Origin: the human T2T-CHM13v2.0 reference genome, Homo sapiens
DNA length: 64,000 bases
Assembly: GCF_009914755.1 (NCBI RefSeq)
Contig: NC_060936.1
Strand: one strand, 5' to 3'
The notes beneath the pieces are model-generated. The model worked only from the letters and a program-made list of their open reading frames with translations, had not been told where the DNA came from and did no database searches. Shown here one piece after another: positions 30,180 to 42,761 of this stretch; positions within the stretch are counted from its first letter, which is position 1, and every line of letters begins with the position of its first letter. The translations under genes were made by a program, and so were the position numbers.

Positions 30180-30680
30180 CTCAAACTTCTCCAATGGCTT
30201 CCCATCTGATTCTGAGTAAAAGCCACATTTTACTCTGAATTACAGAGTAAACACATTTTAATCAACATACACAATCTGCTACCCTCTTTTCTTACTCCAC
30301 ATTATCTCTCCAACTTCATCTTATGGTACCCACCAACTGATGTCATCAATACCAGTCTCTTGATCAACCTCAGTTTTTAGCCAGACTTAAGCCTCAGTGT
30401 TTTTGCGCCTGCTATTCCCATTGCCTAGCTTTGCTTCTGCTGAATACCTGTATGAATAGTTCCTTCTCTTACAAGTCTTAGCACAAATGGCATCTTAATG
30501 GTGAGGTCTTTCGTATTTAAAGGTATAATTTTCCCACCCTTGAAATATATTTTAATCATTTATTTTTGTTTTTTATATTTTCCCAGTAGGAAGTTTTTTC
30601 TATTTTTTTTTTACTTGTCCCTTTTAATGTATTTAGCACTCTGCATCATAGTAAGTGGTCAGTAATTTTTGTGAGATTGA
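30180..30680 (+). mobile_element. L2 fragment to 3' end
   Basis: ctccaatggcttcccatct...gagtaaaagcca...catagtaagtggtcagtaatttttg. Confidence 0.65.
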
Positions 30681-32613
30681 GCTGGGTTCTGTAATTTTAA
30701 TAATGAATAGTCAGCCCCAAATCTTGAGAAAATATCCAGCTCTGAGAGAAAATCAATTATGTGAACAAGTAATTACAAATATGATTCCTAAGATATGGTG
30801 AATCAAATATGATGAATGCTAAAATCAGGATATTCACTAGGTGACATACTATCAAGCAATCGATCAGAAATAACTTAATTTCCCTTTATCCTCTCCAAGT
30901 ATATTCCCTACTATGCCACTTTATATATTCTTTATTCAGAAAAAATGAACAATTTTATTTGTTGCTGCATATGCAGCAGTGTATAGGTTTGTATGTTTTT
31001 TTGGTAATCTCCCCACTGCCTAGAAGTTCTCTTTCTCAGTTTCATAAATCTATATTATTTCTAATTTTTAAGATCCAGAGAAAAATTCTACCTCTTGTGT
31101 ACAGTCTTTTCGTATTTCCTTGCTGGAAGGAACCTCTTCCTCCTTTGCATCCTGATGGCATCCTTCTGGAACTTCTTATTAATTTAATCACTTTTGGGGG
31201 TACAAAATACATATATTTGTAAATGTCTCTGATACTGACCCACCCTAACCTATTCCTTACCTCATTTCCTAAACAAATATTTTTAGCTCCTGCCAAAATT
31301 AATTAGTTTTAGTTTTGTGATGAAAGCTGATCTGTGCTTCACTAATGACTTAATATGTTAATTCTCCTAGAGGACACTTTCAGATTCCTCTCTCCTTTAA
31401 GATCCTGATGTACCACATAGGTACAACCATGTTATCATAGATAAAATGTTGCTGTATTTACTTATTTACAAATCTGACCCAATCTGTATTCTACAGTTGA
31501 GTGCAGGGGCTTTATATGATTTCCTATCCTCATTTCCAATCAAATTCTGGCATAGAGCAAATACTTAATAAGTGTTTGTGGGTAGAAATAAAGGAAGAAA
31601 AAAGTAAGCAAGAAAAGCTAGAAGACAGAAAATTTAGCCAGAAGCTTTCTGAAAGCAAAATATCTTAAATTATTTAAAAATGTTTTCTAATTACGGATCA
31701 TTCCAGAGACTGACTTGAAGCAAGTACTTTAGGGCCTTTGACGCTCCTAAAATCATAACCTAGGTAATATCCTTGTGAAACAAATGCAAGTGAGACACTA
31801 TGACCCATTTTGATCTCAGACCAATTTTCCTTGCCTAGCATGATTACAGGTGGAGAGACACTCCTTAGCAGCCTTCCTGTCCACACATACTTAATGCATC
31901 ACTCTTTTGACCACATTTATTCATAGAATCAATAAAATCAGACAGTATTTGAATTTCTATCATTTAAAAAAATTAATGCATTTTCAAAAACGGTTTGTTG
32001 ATTATTTTGCTTGTTTTCACATTCTTGTTCATTTCTGGGAATTAGAAAGGAATTAACAACAGGAAGTAAGTACCCATCTTAAAAATTGCAGAAAAGGTGT
32101 TTAGCACATGGGTAGTAGTCTTACAACAAGGAGATGCAATATAAAACTATGGCATAAATCATTGATCTAGATCTCTTACATCACTCCTTTCCCCCCTCTT
32201 CTTCCTACTATATAATTTAAAACTTGAATCTCACTTTTTAAAAGATAAAGTTCTACCTTTAAGTTAATTTTTTGCATCTTTTATTCCAAGAAATGGAGAG
32301 GTAAAAAGGAGGAAAATAGAGAATAAAAGTCTGTTTGTTTTCCCTCAACTCCCATACCACCTAACTCAGTACATTTGGATCATTCATCAAACTCAGATTT
32401 TATTTAATTTTCTTTTAAGGTCCTATAAATTCAGAATATGATGAGAAAGTGATATCCCATTTTATCAGAGAAGAACAAAGGGAGGCTTAATTTAAAGAGG
32501 ACTATGTTAAATACATTTTCATTCACCTAGTGAGATAGAAGAATATGAGAAATTACAGAGGAAAGAAAGTATCCCTCCTTTCAGGAGGAAATTATCTTAA
32601 TGAAAATAGTGAG

Positions 32614-32922
32614 GGCCAGGTGTGGTGACTCGTGCCTGTAATCCCAGCACTTTGGGAGGCCAAGGTGGGCGGATCATGAGGTCAGGAGTTCAAGACCAGC
32701 CTGACCAATGTGGTGAAACCCAGTCTCTACCAAAAATACAAAAAAAAAAATTAGTGGGGCGTGGTGGTGCATGCCTGTAATCCCAGCTACTCAAGAGGGC
32801 TGAGGCAGGAGAATTGCTTCAACCCGGGAGGCGGAGGTTGCAGTGAGCAGAGATCGCACCACTGCACTCCAGCCTGGGCGACAGAGCAAGACTCCATCTC
32901 AAAAACAAACAAACAAACAAAC
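32614..32922 (+). mobile_element. AluSg-like
   Basis: Dimeric Alu, gatcatgaggtcaggagttc, (AAAC)n tail, TSD core AAAATAGT. Confidence 0.95.
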
Positions 32923-34039
32923 AAAATAGTCAAGCTATTACAAACCAGTTAGATTTGATTTTAGTTTCTAACTAATGAAGTCAAGGTCAGCCATGAAAAC
33001 CTCTGGGAACCAGTCACTTTTACCCAGTTCCATCATCATGGTTCCAACCTCTGACTTCAGCCAGCCAAGAGACTTAGCAGGGGCCCAACAAGAAACTCAC
33101 AATATAGTGGGAAGCAATTGTCAATACCAAGAAAACAACATACAAACATGTACTCATGGTACTTCTGTAAATTCATTGTATTGAAAAGGAAAATACAACC
33201 TATTAATGCTTATGAAATAGTCACTGATTCTATTGGGCAAATTAACGGGAGTGAAAGTATCCACTAATCAGAAGTTTGATTGATGACTCAATATTCAGTA
33301 TCTCAAATATTTGAACCTAAACTTGAGGCCACTGGTTGAATGTAAATGGGCTGTTTCTTTTCTATCATTTGGTTCTATTCAGAGCCTGAAATATGTTCTT
33401 CGTTTAAAATGTATTCAAATCTAATATTGGAAATTCCTCCAGAGCCTTGTGTTTGCCTTAATTTATGCTTTTAATATTTCTTTATTGCTTTTCTAAAGCA
33501 ATGCACACATTTAAAATAGAAAAAGCAGATCCCACAAATTGCAACTAAGTGTAGGTAAGATACACAGTTTGGAATCTAATTTATTACTAAAGCGTTATTA
33601 AGAGAAAGTACAGATAAACTAAATAGCTTAGGAAAATTAAAGCATTAATTCTAAGTTTCATTATTTAACTAGGAACATCAGAAAAGTTCAATGTAAGTCT
33701 AAAAAATGTACATTTAATTCACTTTTGTAACCACAGGTTGAAAATATAAACTTTCAGGGAGGAAAGCCAACAGCATTCTAATCTTGTGCAGATATAACTG
33801 TTAGTCAATCTTTGCTATGTCATCATTAAAATAGAGAAAATCATGCCATTGTAAAAGACCTGCATTGAATCATAATGTGCAGCATATGTCCATAAAAATA
33901 GTGTAGATATCCTTTATGCACTTTTCAAGTCATAATCCAAAGACCTTTATTTAGTTCTCCTATATGTAGAGACACAATTTTATATAAGATATAGTTTTTG
34001 TTCCTAATCAACCCCCCAAAAAATAAAAACAACAAAAAC

Positions 34040-34290
34040 TAGAACAGCCTAGGAAGCAGGATTTTGGAAAGTTAAAAAAAAATGGTATGTGACTCATATC
34101 TTAATTTGCTGCATACTTGCCACGGAACTTTGGGTAAGTTATTTAACCTGTCTAAACCCCAGTATTCTCACCTATAAAAAAGGATTACAATAGTACCAGA
34201 ATGGTTTTAAAGACCAAATGAAATAATGTAAGTACATTCATTTGCAAGGAGCCTCACTATAAGACTTTAACAAATGCTAGAATTAATAAT
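34040..34290 (+). mobile_element. MIR
   Basis: ttgggtaagttatttaacctgtctaaacccca...ctcacctataaaa core. Confidence 0.7.
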
Positions 34291-34419
34291 ATTATAATGG
34301 CTATATATTATTGTAACATTGCTACAACAAACAATAGACATCAATATTATCATAAACATTTTTATCATTCATTAGAAAAAATTCTTATGATGGAGAATTT
34401 GTTTTGTTTTATTTTCAAT

Positions 34420-37085
34420 CATAAAAATATTACACAATAAAATCTGAAAAATCCTCATTGTAAAAAATTCAGACAATGTAGAAATATATGGATGTGTAGT
34501 AAATGGTGGAAGTCTTCCTAATACTTTTCATCACTTAATCCTTCTCTGCTCTTCCAGTGTTGTTCCAAGTAACCATTTAACTACTTAGTCTGTGCCCTTT
34601 CTGATCCTTTTTATTCACTTATATTTGTTTATATATGCATATCCAGATAATTCAGCTTTGTTTTATTTTGTTTTCATGTAAATGGTTCATTTAAACATGC
34701 TACAGTGTTTTACCTAGATTACATATACCATAGTTTTTTTCTCTTTTATGAACATTTGGGTTATTTCAATATTTAGCAATTGCAAAGAATGCTGCAGTGA
34801 AAAATCATCCTACAAGTCTTTCTGTAGATGTGGCGTATTTTCTAGAATGCAGACTTAGAAACATAAAAGCTTAATAGGGGAATATGAGCATTTCTAAAGC
34901 TTAATATATTATCAAGTTGCTATTTGAAAGCCTGTAACAATTTACAATTTACACACTCCACCCACCAGCCATGTATGAGGGAACCCATTTCCCATACTCT
35001 TCCCAACAGTGTATGTTTATTTAATCATTCCTTTAATGAATAACCATTGCACATCTACTCATGCCAGGTCCTAAGCATATTGCACATTCCCCCAAAAGCT
35101 TGCATTCTAGTAGAATGAAACTGACAAAAAGCAATGCACATGAAAATAGGTAAATAATGTTGCATATTAGAAAACAAGTTGCATGGGGTAAGACAGTAAA
35201 GAGTGAAATGTTAGAAAGTATAAAAACTAGAGTTTTAAATGGTAAATGATCAGACTAGACCTCATTAGAAATATAATATTTGAGAAAAATCTTGAAGGAT
35301 GTAGCAAATTTAAAGAACTTATAATCTAGAGAAGGTGCTCCATTGTCCCTGGCTTCCAAAATTGTTGACAATAACTCTGTAATCTACTACATACTACCCA
35401 CAGCACCCCACACATACTTTCTAAGTGAACACCTTCATTTTTATGCAGTTTTAAAAGTTTATAATTTACTGATATCACTAAGCTATGTCTTGAAATTTTA
35501 AGATTTTAAAATTAATTTTCCCTCTAATTCTATAGTTATTTTCAGTCTGAAGCTTCTGACTTTCATTCATTTATAAATAATTTTCTTCCATTAAGTGTTT
35601 GGTTATTTTCCATTGCAATTCATTCTATATACTTTAGAGGCAATTGTCCATATTTGTCTCTTTATTTTAGACCTTTATGTAGTCTCCTTTATTCAATGGT
35701 CTTTTTGTTCCTTTATTTCATGGTTTGATTTTTTTCTCTCTCCATCTTTGGAAGCGTCAGCTCTGACTTTGCCACTTTATTGTGTCTATATATTGCATGT
35801 TTTTCTCTTTCTTGGGTCCATTTTTCATTTGGATATTATAAATCTGTAGGAAATTATTTCAATACAGTCTGCAAATGTTGAACTGTTGGAGCCTGTTTAT
35901 AATTTAAATTGTCATTATTCTTCTCTCATGTTTGGTAATAATTTGGCTGCTTATTGAAATTTAACTTCAAAATCATTTTTCCTCAGTTTTCAAAAAATAT
36001 TTTTGCACTCAATAGAATTCTTAATCATCATAATAAAGGTAATATTTATCAAGAGTTTACGAAGAGTGAGGTTACTATGCGTATACATTGATATCATTTA
36101 ATACTTAAACCAATGAAATATGTTCTATTATTGTCCATAATTCAAGTAAAAATATGTAGCTTAAAAACAGAAGTGGTTTGTTCACTGTTTTATGATAAAG
36201 TTGTGTTACAATCAGAATTGAAACCAGTGTCATCTGAAATAGAGGTCAAGTCACATTCTTGATAACTATTTGATTTTGGTTTATCTGCAGGCAAGCTGAC
36301 TCCTCTACTCTTGCAAAAGCTTTAAGATTTTTTTGGGGGGAGGGGGGTGTATCCTTGAGGTTTTGAAATTGCAACCCGATATATAAATGTGTATCTTTAT
36401 TTATCCTGCCTTACACTCAATGGAAACTTTAATTCTGAGGATTTATTCTTCTCTAACTTCTGAAAATTTCTGAATATTAATGTTTTTCTAATATATTTTC
36501 TTTTTTTATTGTGGTCCCTCCTATATAACTACTATTAGATGGCTATTGGACCTTCTGATTAACTCTTTATGCTTCTTAATATTTTTAAATATTTTCTATC
36601 TTTTTCTTCTTGTTTTATATTTTGGGAGACCTCCTTTTCATCTTTCAGTCCCTAATTTAAACTTGAATGGTTATCATTCTGTTAGTTAGACTTATTTTTA
36701 ATTTAGGATCTATATTTTTAATAAACTTTGTCAGCCATTTGTTCACCTAATCCTTTCTTTCAGATTTTTAAAAATCTTTAATTGTTTTTGCACTGATTTT
36801 AGATTTACAGAAAAGTCGCAAATATAGTACAGAGTTTCCCCTATATGTTTCACTCATCTTCCCCTAAGGTTACCACAGTGCATTTATCAAAAGTAAGAAA
36901 TAAACATTGGTACATTACTATTAACTCAACTACAAATTCTGTTCAGATTTCACCAGTTTTTCCACTAATACCCTTTTTCTCTTCCCAGATTCAACCTAGG
37001 ATCCCCTACTGTCTTTTGGGTTTTTGCTTTTCCTCAATTCTGCTATTCTTGTTTTGTGTTTATGTTAACAAATAGAAGACCAGGT
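34420..37085 (-). mobile_element. Mosaic of ancient L1M/L1MC-L1MD relics with nested L2 (about 35020-35310) and MIR (about 36020-36270)
   Basis: T-rich L1M motifs (gaacatttgggttatttc...gaatgctgcagtga; tttagatttacagaaaagt...agtacagagtttccc); boundaries approximate. Confidence 0.55.
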
Positions 37086-37089
37086 TGAT

Positions 37090-37362
37090 ATACATTTTGT
37101 AAATCAACAATATGAACATCCTAAAATAATAAAATGGGTGGCATGTTTTTTATGAGTTGGACAATTAAGGGATAGGTTCAACATGAAAGCCTGTCAATCA
37201 TTCTGCATACATTAGAGATTAGCTTTAATTTCTTTTTAATTATAAAAATTGCCTAATAAAGAGAGGCAGATTTCCAAGGTCGATAGTGCATAAATATGCA
37301 CATAAACCTTAACAAAAAAGCCAACTTTGACACCCCGTCTATATGACAGTAACATTCCTCTG
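37090..37362 (+). repeat. 273-bp dispersed direct repeat, copy 1
   Basis: Identical to 39254-39526 except C37275 vs A39439. Confidence 0.97.
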
Positions 37363-37840
37363 TTCTAAGATTCTACATAGCTTAGAAAGGATCCTCGTAT
37401 ATTTATATAGACTGGTTTCCCAAATGGGTCTCTCTTTTGAATGGGAACTGACTGGGGATTTTGTATAAAGAATGGATTATGTCAAAAGGCAGGCTTCCCT
37501 CTGGTATACATGGGGTGGAGCAGACAATCAAAATGAGACATTGCCTTCTCTGACTCATGGCTAACATAAGGAAGGCTTTATTATGTTCATTTCACTTTGC
37601 ATAAAATTATGTTTCCATTATTATTTTTTTGTTGACCTTTATTTTCTTTTGTGGTCGTTAGAGTTACCTTGAAATTCCCTCTATTGTGTTCTGCACTTTT
37701 TCTACACCCGAGTAGAAATCATTCCCTGGAATGCAGTTAGGTTTCATTTGTTTTTCATTTTTGTTTCTTGTTTCTGTATTTACACTTTTTGTATGTAATT
37801 CTTGGGTTCTTTTCTGGGCTGAATACTGTCTTCAACTCAG

Positions 37841-37843
37841 TGT

Positions 37844-37899
<56 letters not shown>
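37841..37899. repeat. (TG)n microsatellite
   Basis: About 25 uninterrupted TG units. Confidence 0.95.
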
Positions 37900-37902
<3 letters not shown>

Positions 37903-38744
37903 GGGAAAGCATGAACAGATATGAAGAGGAAAGCTTTCTAAAAGATACATGCTTGTCCCATGTCAATCTTTGATATATCTTTTTTTTAAATAATGTGACT
38001 TGTGAATTCTCCTCAATATACCTATTTTTACTTCCATATAAGGCAATGTCTTAAATTATTTAGTCTCTAAAAATATTACATAAAAAATGGACGCTTTCAG
38101 AATAACTTCATTCTTAAAAGAATACTTTATTGCATGCAATTTCAGGATGCAAATAATCCAGGTCAAAGGGCTAGCAGGAGAAGGGGTGAGAGAACTACAT
38201 TAGGTACAAAACCTATGTTCCCACCTGGGCTGTGCTCTTTCTAGGATAAGGCATAAAGCTATCTGAATTTGTTAGCCAGTATAAAAATAAAAGAATAATA
38301 TCTGTCTTATCCCCAGCATGTGGGATTGCTCTCAGTATCAAAAACATAGTTATGTATAAGACCACTTTGTAAAGCACTGTGCATGTTTACTCTTTTATTC
38401 GGGAAATATTTCTTGAGTGCCTTCTAAGTGCCAAGTCCTCTTTTTGGTGCAATGTTAAGTGTTTCTAAAGAGAGAGAGATTATGGAGGGCTAAAGTAATA
38501 TGCCTTAGAAGTGGCTGGAATTTTATATTGAAAATCAGAAGCCAGAAACATTTGAATGAGAGAGGGATAAAACAGAGAATTTAGGTTAGAAAAACAGAGA
38601 GAACTAATGTCCCTCAGAATTTGAGTGGATTTGGGTGAACAGTTCCCATCTGGTTGGAGCAAGAGCTTTTTCTGTGCTTTCTCTAAATCACTATGTTGGA
38701 CACATTTTGCACACCTTAATTAAGTTTACGTATTATGTATTAGA

Positions 38745-38803
38745 TTAGATTGTTTTTTGCCAATGTTACGGCAAAACTCGCAATAACTTTTGCACCAATC
38801 TAA
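38745..38803. mobile_element. MADE1 mariner MITE with internally deleted left TIR
   Basis: ttttgcc...ggcaaaactcgcaataacttttgcaccaatctaa followed by TA matches the MADE1 right half. Confidence 0.8.
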
Positions 38804-39253
38804 TAATTTGATTTACATGTTTTTCAAACTATGAAAAACAAACTTTCATATCATTTTTGTACCTACTCACGAGAGCATTTAAATCAAAGTTGATTGTTTC
38901 ACTTTTTAAAAAATTTATAAATTGACTTAATTTCAATGTAGTGTAAGATACACATTTTCATCATTAAATTCTCCATGTTTGTGGCCAGGGCTACTAACTG
39001 GTTAAGTCACATTGCCATCTCTATAGCACCTTAAAGAGTTGAAGCCAGACAAACACACTTCTACCAAAGCTTGGATTCTACAATACTGTCAGTGGATTAG
39101 TATTTCCCTAAGGATGATTTCTATCTCCAGAACTAGCCTCCCACTTTATTTTGACAAAACTCAACACCCATCTGTTTACGCAGTCGTTTGATTGCGTGGG
39201 AAGTTTGACAAGTCCATGGCCAGATAACAGAACTGAATCCTTTTTATAGTCTC

Positions 39254-39526
39254 ATACATTTTGTAAATCAACAATATGAACATCCTAAAATAATAAAATG
39301 GGTGGCATGTTTTTTATGAGTTGGACAATTAAGGGATAGGTTCAACATGAAAGCCTGTCAATCATTCTGCATACATTAGAGATTAGCTTTAATTTCTTTT
39401 TAATTATAAAAATTGCCTAATAAAGAGAGGCAGATTTCAAAGGTCGATAGTGCATAAATATGCACATAAACCTTAACAAAAAAGCCAACTTTGACACCCC
39501 GTCTATATGACAGTAACATTCCTCTG
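39254..39526 (+). repeat. 273-bp dispersed direct repeat, copy 2
   Basis: Offset 2164 bp from copy 1; one mismatch. Confidence 0.97.
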
Positions 39527-39801
39527 GCTACACATTTGATATTTCACTAGTGTGAACTTTTTTGACTCTATACTTATCCTTATTCTATAATTCAAATCCT
39601 TTATGTACTGTAGAGTTGGCAAAAACAGTCTCCTCTCTGTCCCACTCTAAAAGAACTTTCTCCATTTGTCTTACTAATGTTGCAGGCATGGGGGGTAGTT
39701 GGGTAAAAGGAGACTGAAAGGATGCAAGAGTGAGAATCGGTCAGACTCAAGACAAAACTGAAAAGTTTTATAATTTGACTGCCTTTAAAAGTTGTTTAAC
39801 T

Positions 39802-39930
39802 TCCTAGCTGCTTGAGAGGTTGGGGCAGGAGGATCATTTGAGCCCAGGAGGTCGAGGCAGCAGTGAGCTATGATCGCTCCACTACATTCAAGCATGGGTG
39901 AGTGAGATTCTATCTCTAAAAAAAAAAAAA
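39802..39930 (+). mobile_element. Alu right arm / FRAM (AluJ age)
   Basis: gaggatcatttgagcccaggaggtcgaggcagcagtgagctatgatcg plus polyA; degenerate TSD AAAAGTT(G)TTTAA. Confidence 0.85.
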
Positions 39931-40059
39931 GTTTTAATTTAAAAAAAGTAACTAAACTTCTATCTCAGTAGTGGGCATGGCTGAGAGAATTTATCAGCTG
40001 GATTAGCAATGGACAATTAATTGCTGAGTGAGAAAGGTCATTTGGCATTTTGGGTCCTC

Positions 40060-41585
40060 TTTTTTTTAAATTTCAAATTTTATTGTCAATTAAAGAGTAC
40101 ACATGCACATTTGTTACATGGGTAAATTGCGTGACATTCTGGCTTGGGGTTCTAATGATTCCATCACCCAGACAGTAAGCATAGTACCCAACAGGTGGTT
40201 CTCCAGCTTATGCCCCACTCGCCCCCTCACCTTCTAGTGGTCTCCAGTGTTTATTGTTCCCATTTTTATGTTCATGTGTATTTATTGTTTATCACTTGCT
40301 TATAAATGAGAATATGGACTATTTGTTTTTCTGTTCTTGCATTATTAATTTGCTTAGGTTAATGGCCTCCAGCTCCATCCATGTTGCTGCAAAGGACAAG
40401 ATTTTGTTCTTTTTTATGGCTGCATAGTATTCCATGGTGTAAATGTACATTTTCTTTATTCAATGCACCATTGATGGGTACCTAAGCTGATGCCATATCT
40501 TTCCTATTGTGAACTGTATTGCAATGAACATACAGGTGTGTGCATCTTTGATAGAATGAATTATTTTCCTTTAAGTATATACCAGTATACCCAAAGTAGT
40601 AGGATGACTGAGTCTAATGGTAGCTGTATTTTAAGTTCTTCGAGAAATCTCTAAACAGCTTTCTAGAGTGGCTGAACTAGTTTGCGTTCCCACTGACAGT
40701 GTATAAGCCTTCCCTTTTCTCTACAGTCCCAACCACATTTGTTGTTTTTTGACTTTTTAATAGCCATTATGATTGGTGTGAGATTATTTTACGGTTTTGA
40801 TTTGCATTTTTCTGATGATAATGTGATATGATGATAGTGATAATGAGTAATTTTTTCATATGTTTGTTGGCCACTTGCACATCCTCTTTTGAGATATGTC
40901 TGGTTCATGTCCTTTGCTCACTTTTTAATTAGATTTTTGTTGTCGTTGCTTTTGCTGGTTGATTTGTTTAAGTTCCTTGTAGATTCTGGATATTAGACCT
41001 TTGTCAGATGCAAAGTTTGTAAATATTTTCTCCCATTCTGTAGGCTGTTTACTCTGTTGGTAATTTCTTTCGCTGTGCAGAAGCTCTTTAGTTTAATTAG
41101 GCTCCACTTGTCAATTTTTGGTTTTGTTGCATTGCTTTTGGGGACTCAGCCATAAATTCTTTAGCAAAGCCTATGTTGAGAAGGGTATTTCCCAGGTTTT
41201 CTTCTAGGATTTTTATTGTTTGAAGCCTTATATTTAAAGTTTTAATCCATTTTGAGTTAATTTTTGTGTATGATGAGAAGTTGGGGCACAGTTTTAATCT
41301 TCCACATATGGCTAGCCAGTTATCCCAGCACGATTTATTGAATGGGAAGTTCTTTTTCTTTTGCTTATTTTTGTTAATTTTGTTGAAGATCAGATGGTTA
41401 TAGGTGTGCAAATTTATTTCTAGATTTTCTACTCTATTTCACTAGTTTATGTGTCTGTTTCTTGTACTGTTTTATTATTATTATTATTTACTATGCCTTA
41501 TGGAGCAGGCTAACCCATGGTCAATGTGCCCAGAGTTGCACCATGCTATTTTGATTACTGTAGCCTTATAGTATAATTTGAAGTA
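40060..41585 (-). mobile_element. 5'-truncated L1PA15/16 LINE-1
   Basis: 3'UTR gttacatgggtaaattgcgtgac...gtaagcatagtacccaac; ORF2 remnant 41097-41411; nested insert at 41470-41539. Confidence 0.88.
41470..41539 (-). mobile_element. 50-nt tailed small-RNA-like retroposon nested in L1
   Basis: Non-L1 GCAACTCTGGGCACATTGACCATGGGTTAGCCTGCTCCATAAGGCATAGT plus (AAT)n tail, interrupting L1 consensus gtac|accatgct. Confidence 0.7.
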
Positions 41586-42526
41586 TTATTGTTAAACAGA
41601 AAATGTTATTAGTCTTTCAGAAGGAAAGTTATTCATTCAAAATATTGGCTTGATGAACTTTGTAGCTATAAAGCCTGAAATTACAATGAAATAAAATCTG
41701 TATCTTTGTCAATCCATGGGATACATTAATGCCTCAATTTGATGATCTGCTCTGTTTTGTTATTATATACATATTTTATAAGCAGGAGTCATCAGAGCAT
41801 AAAACGTATCTATCTTTACAACATAATATTTAGGTGGTATACATGTTTGATTGAGAGGCTACAGTGAACCTGTCTTTACAATTTGAAAATTCTCATTTCA
41901 AAAGCTCATGTTCTGCCTTCTTTTTGTTTCAATTTCTTATATCTTAATTTTTAAAATAGTTTATATCCATGTATCAAAAAGTAGGCATCTTAGGTCACCA
42001 CACTGGTAACAAATTTCAATGTTGTAATATACTTCTATGACATTTACTAAATGGGTGAGCTGTGGTTTTTATTTTATATTTTACGTTATTTATGGACTCT
42101 TGTATTGAACCCTTCAATTTAAAAAACATAAACAACAGAGTCTGACTTTAAGTAATCGCAGAATCCTCAAAAATGTGCTATAAAATGTTTACTTTTAAAG
42201 TTAAAAATAAATTATTCCTTAGTAGTGTTAATATATATGAAAATAATAATATCTATTTGAACTCATATGCTAGAGATGTGTGACTATCAGACTTATGCTT
42301 GTGTGACTGTCTTATGGATTTGTTCTGATCTGGTATCTCCACACCTAATTCTCTCACTCGGTTCTATTATTTTTTTGGCCAACATAGCCAGTTAGTTAAT
42401 CAATACATTTTTATTCACAAAGGGAAATCTTTGGCATAAGTTAAGATGTTCAATAGTCTGCCCTATTAACTTCATTCTTCTTTAAGGTGTGGCTTTATGG
42501 TTGTTCTTGTGAAAAACCCTACTGTG

Positions 42527-42761
42527 GCATCTTAAATCTTTTTTTTTCTCAGTTGGTATTGTATCTGAGAGCAGTTTTGGGGTACAGTACTTATGCATTA
42601 TATACCTTCCCATCCAAAGACTAGCCTGACAAGATGTTACAGAGGATGAGTTTTCATCAGGTTCTTCAGAGGTGGAGCTCTGTGCCAATACTCCTGCTGC
42701 TTGACTTATGATATCTTTATAAAGTTGAATAAACTGGTATAAATTCATTAAAAAAAAAAAA
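42527..42761 (+). mobile_element. L1-machinery retroposed non-repetitive segment (orphan transduction or antisense retrocopy)
   Basis: 16-bp perfect TSD GAAAAACCCTACTGTG at 42511-42526 and 42762-42777; AATAAA at 42728-42733; A12 tail at 42750-42761. Confidence 0.93.
42606..42748 (-). pseudogene. RNF141: Fragment of an RNF141 (ZNF230) coding exon, about aa 98-145, with its native splice donor and about 79 nt of presumed intron
   Basis: [48 protein letters not shown] matches recalled human RNF141 (one change, T>I); homology stops at AG|GTATAT (42606/42605) rather than continuing VKQLTDEEECC. Confidence 0.88.

Noticed and set aside
42482-42748. 88-aa ORF as a functional RNF141 gene or a classic processed pseudogene
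   Set aside because: Only one partial exon and no RING domain; homology ends at a splice donor; poly(A) is on the antisense strand; the ORF tail is read-through into intron, TSD and flank
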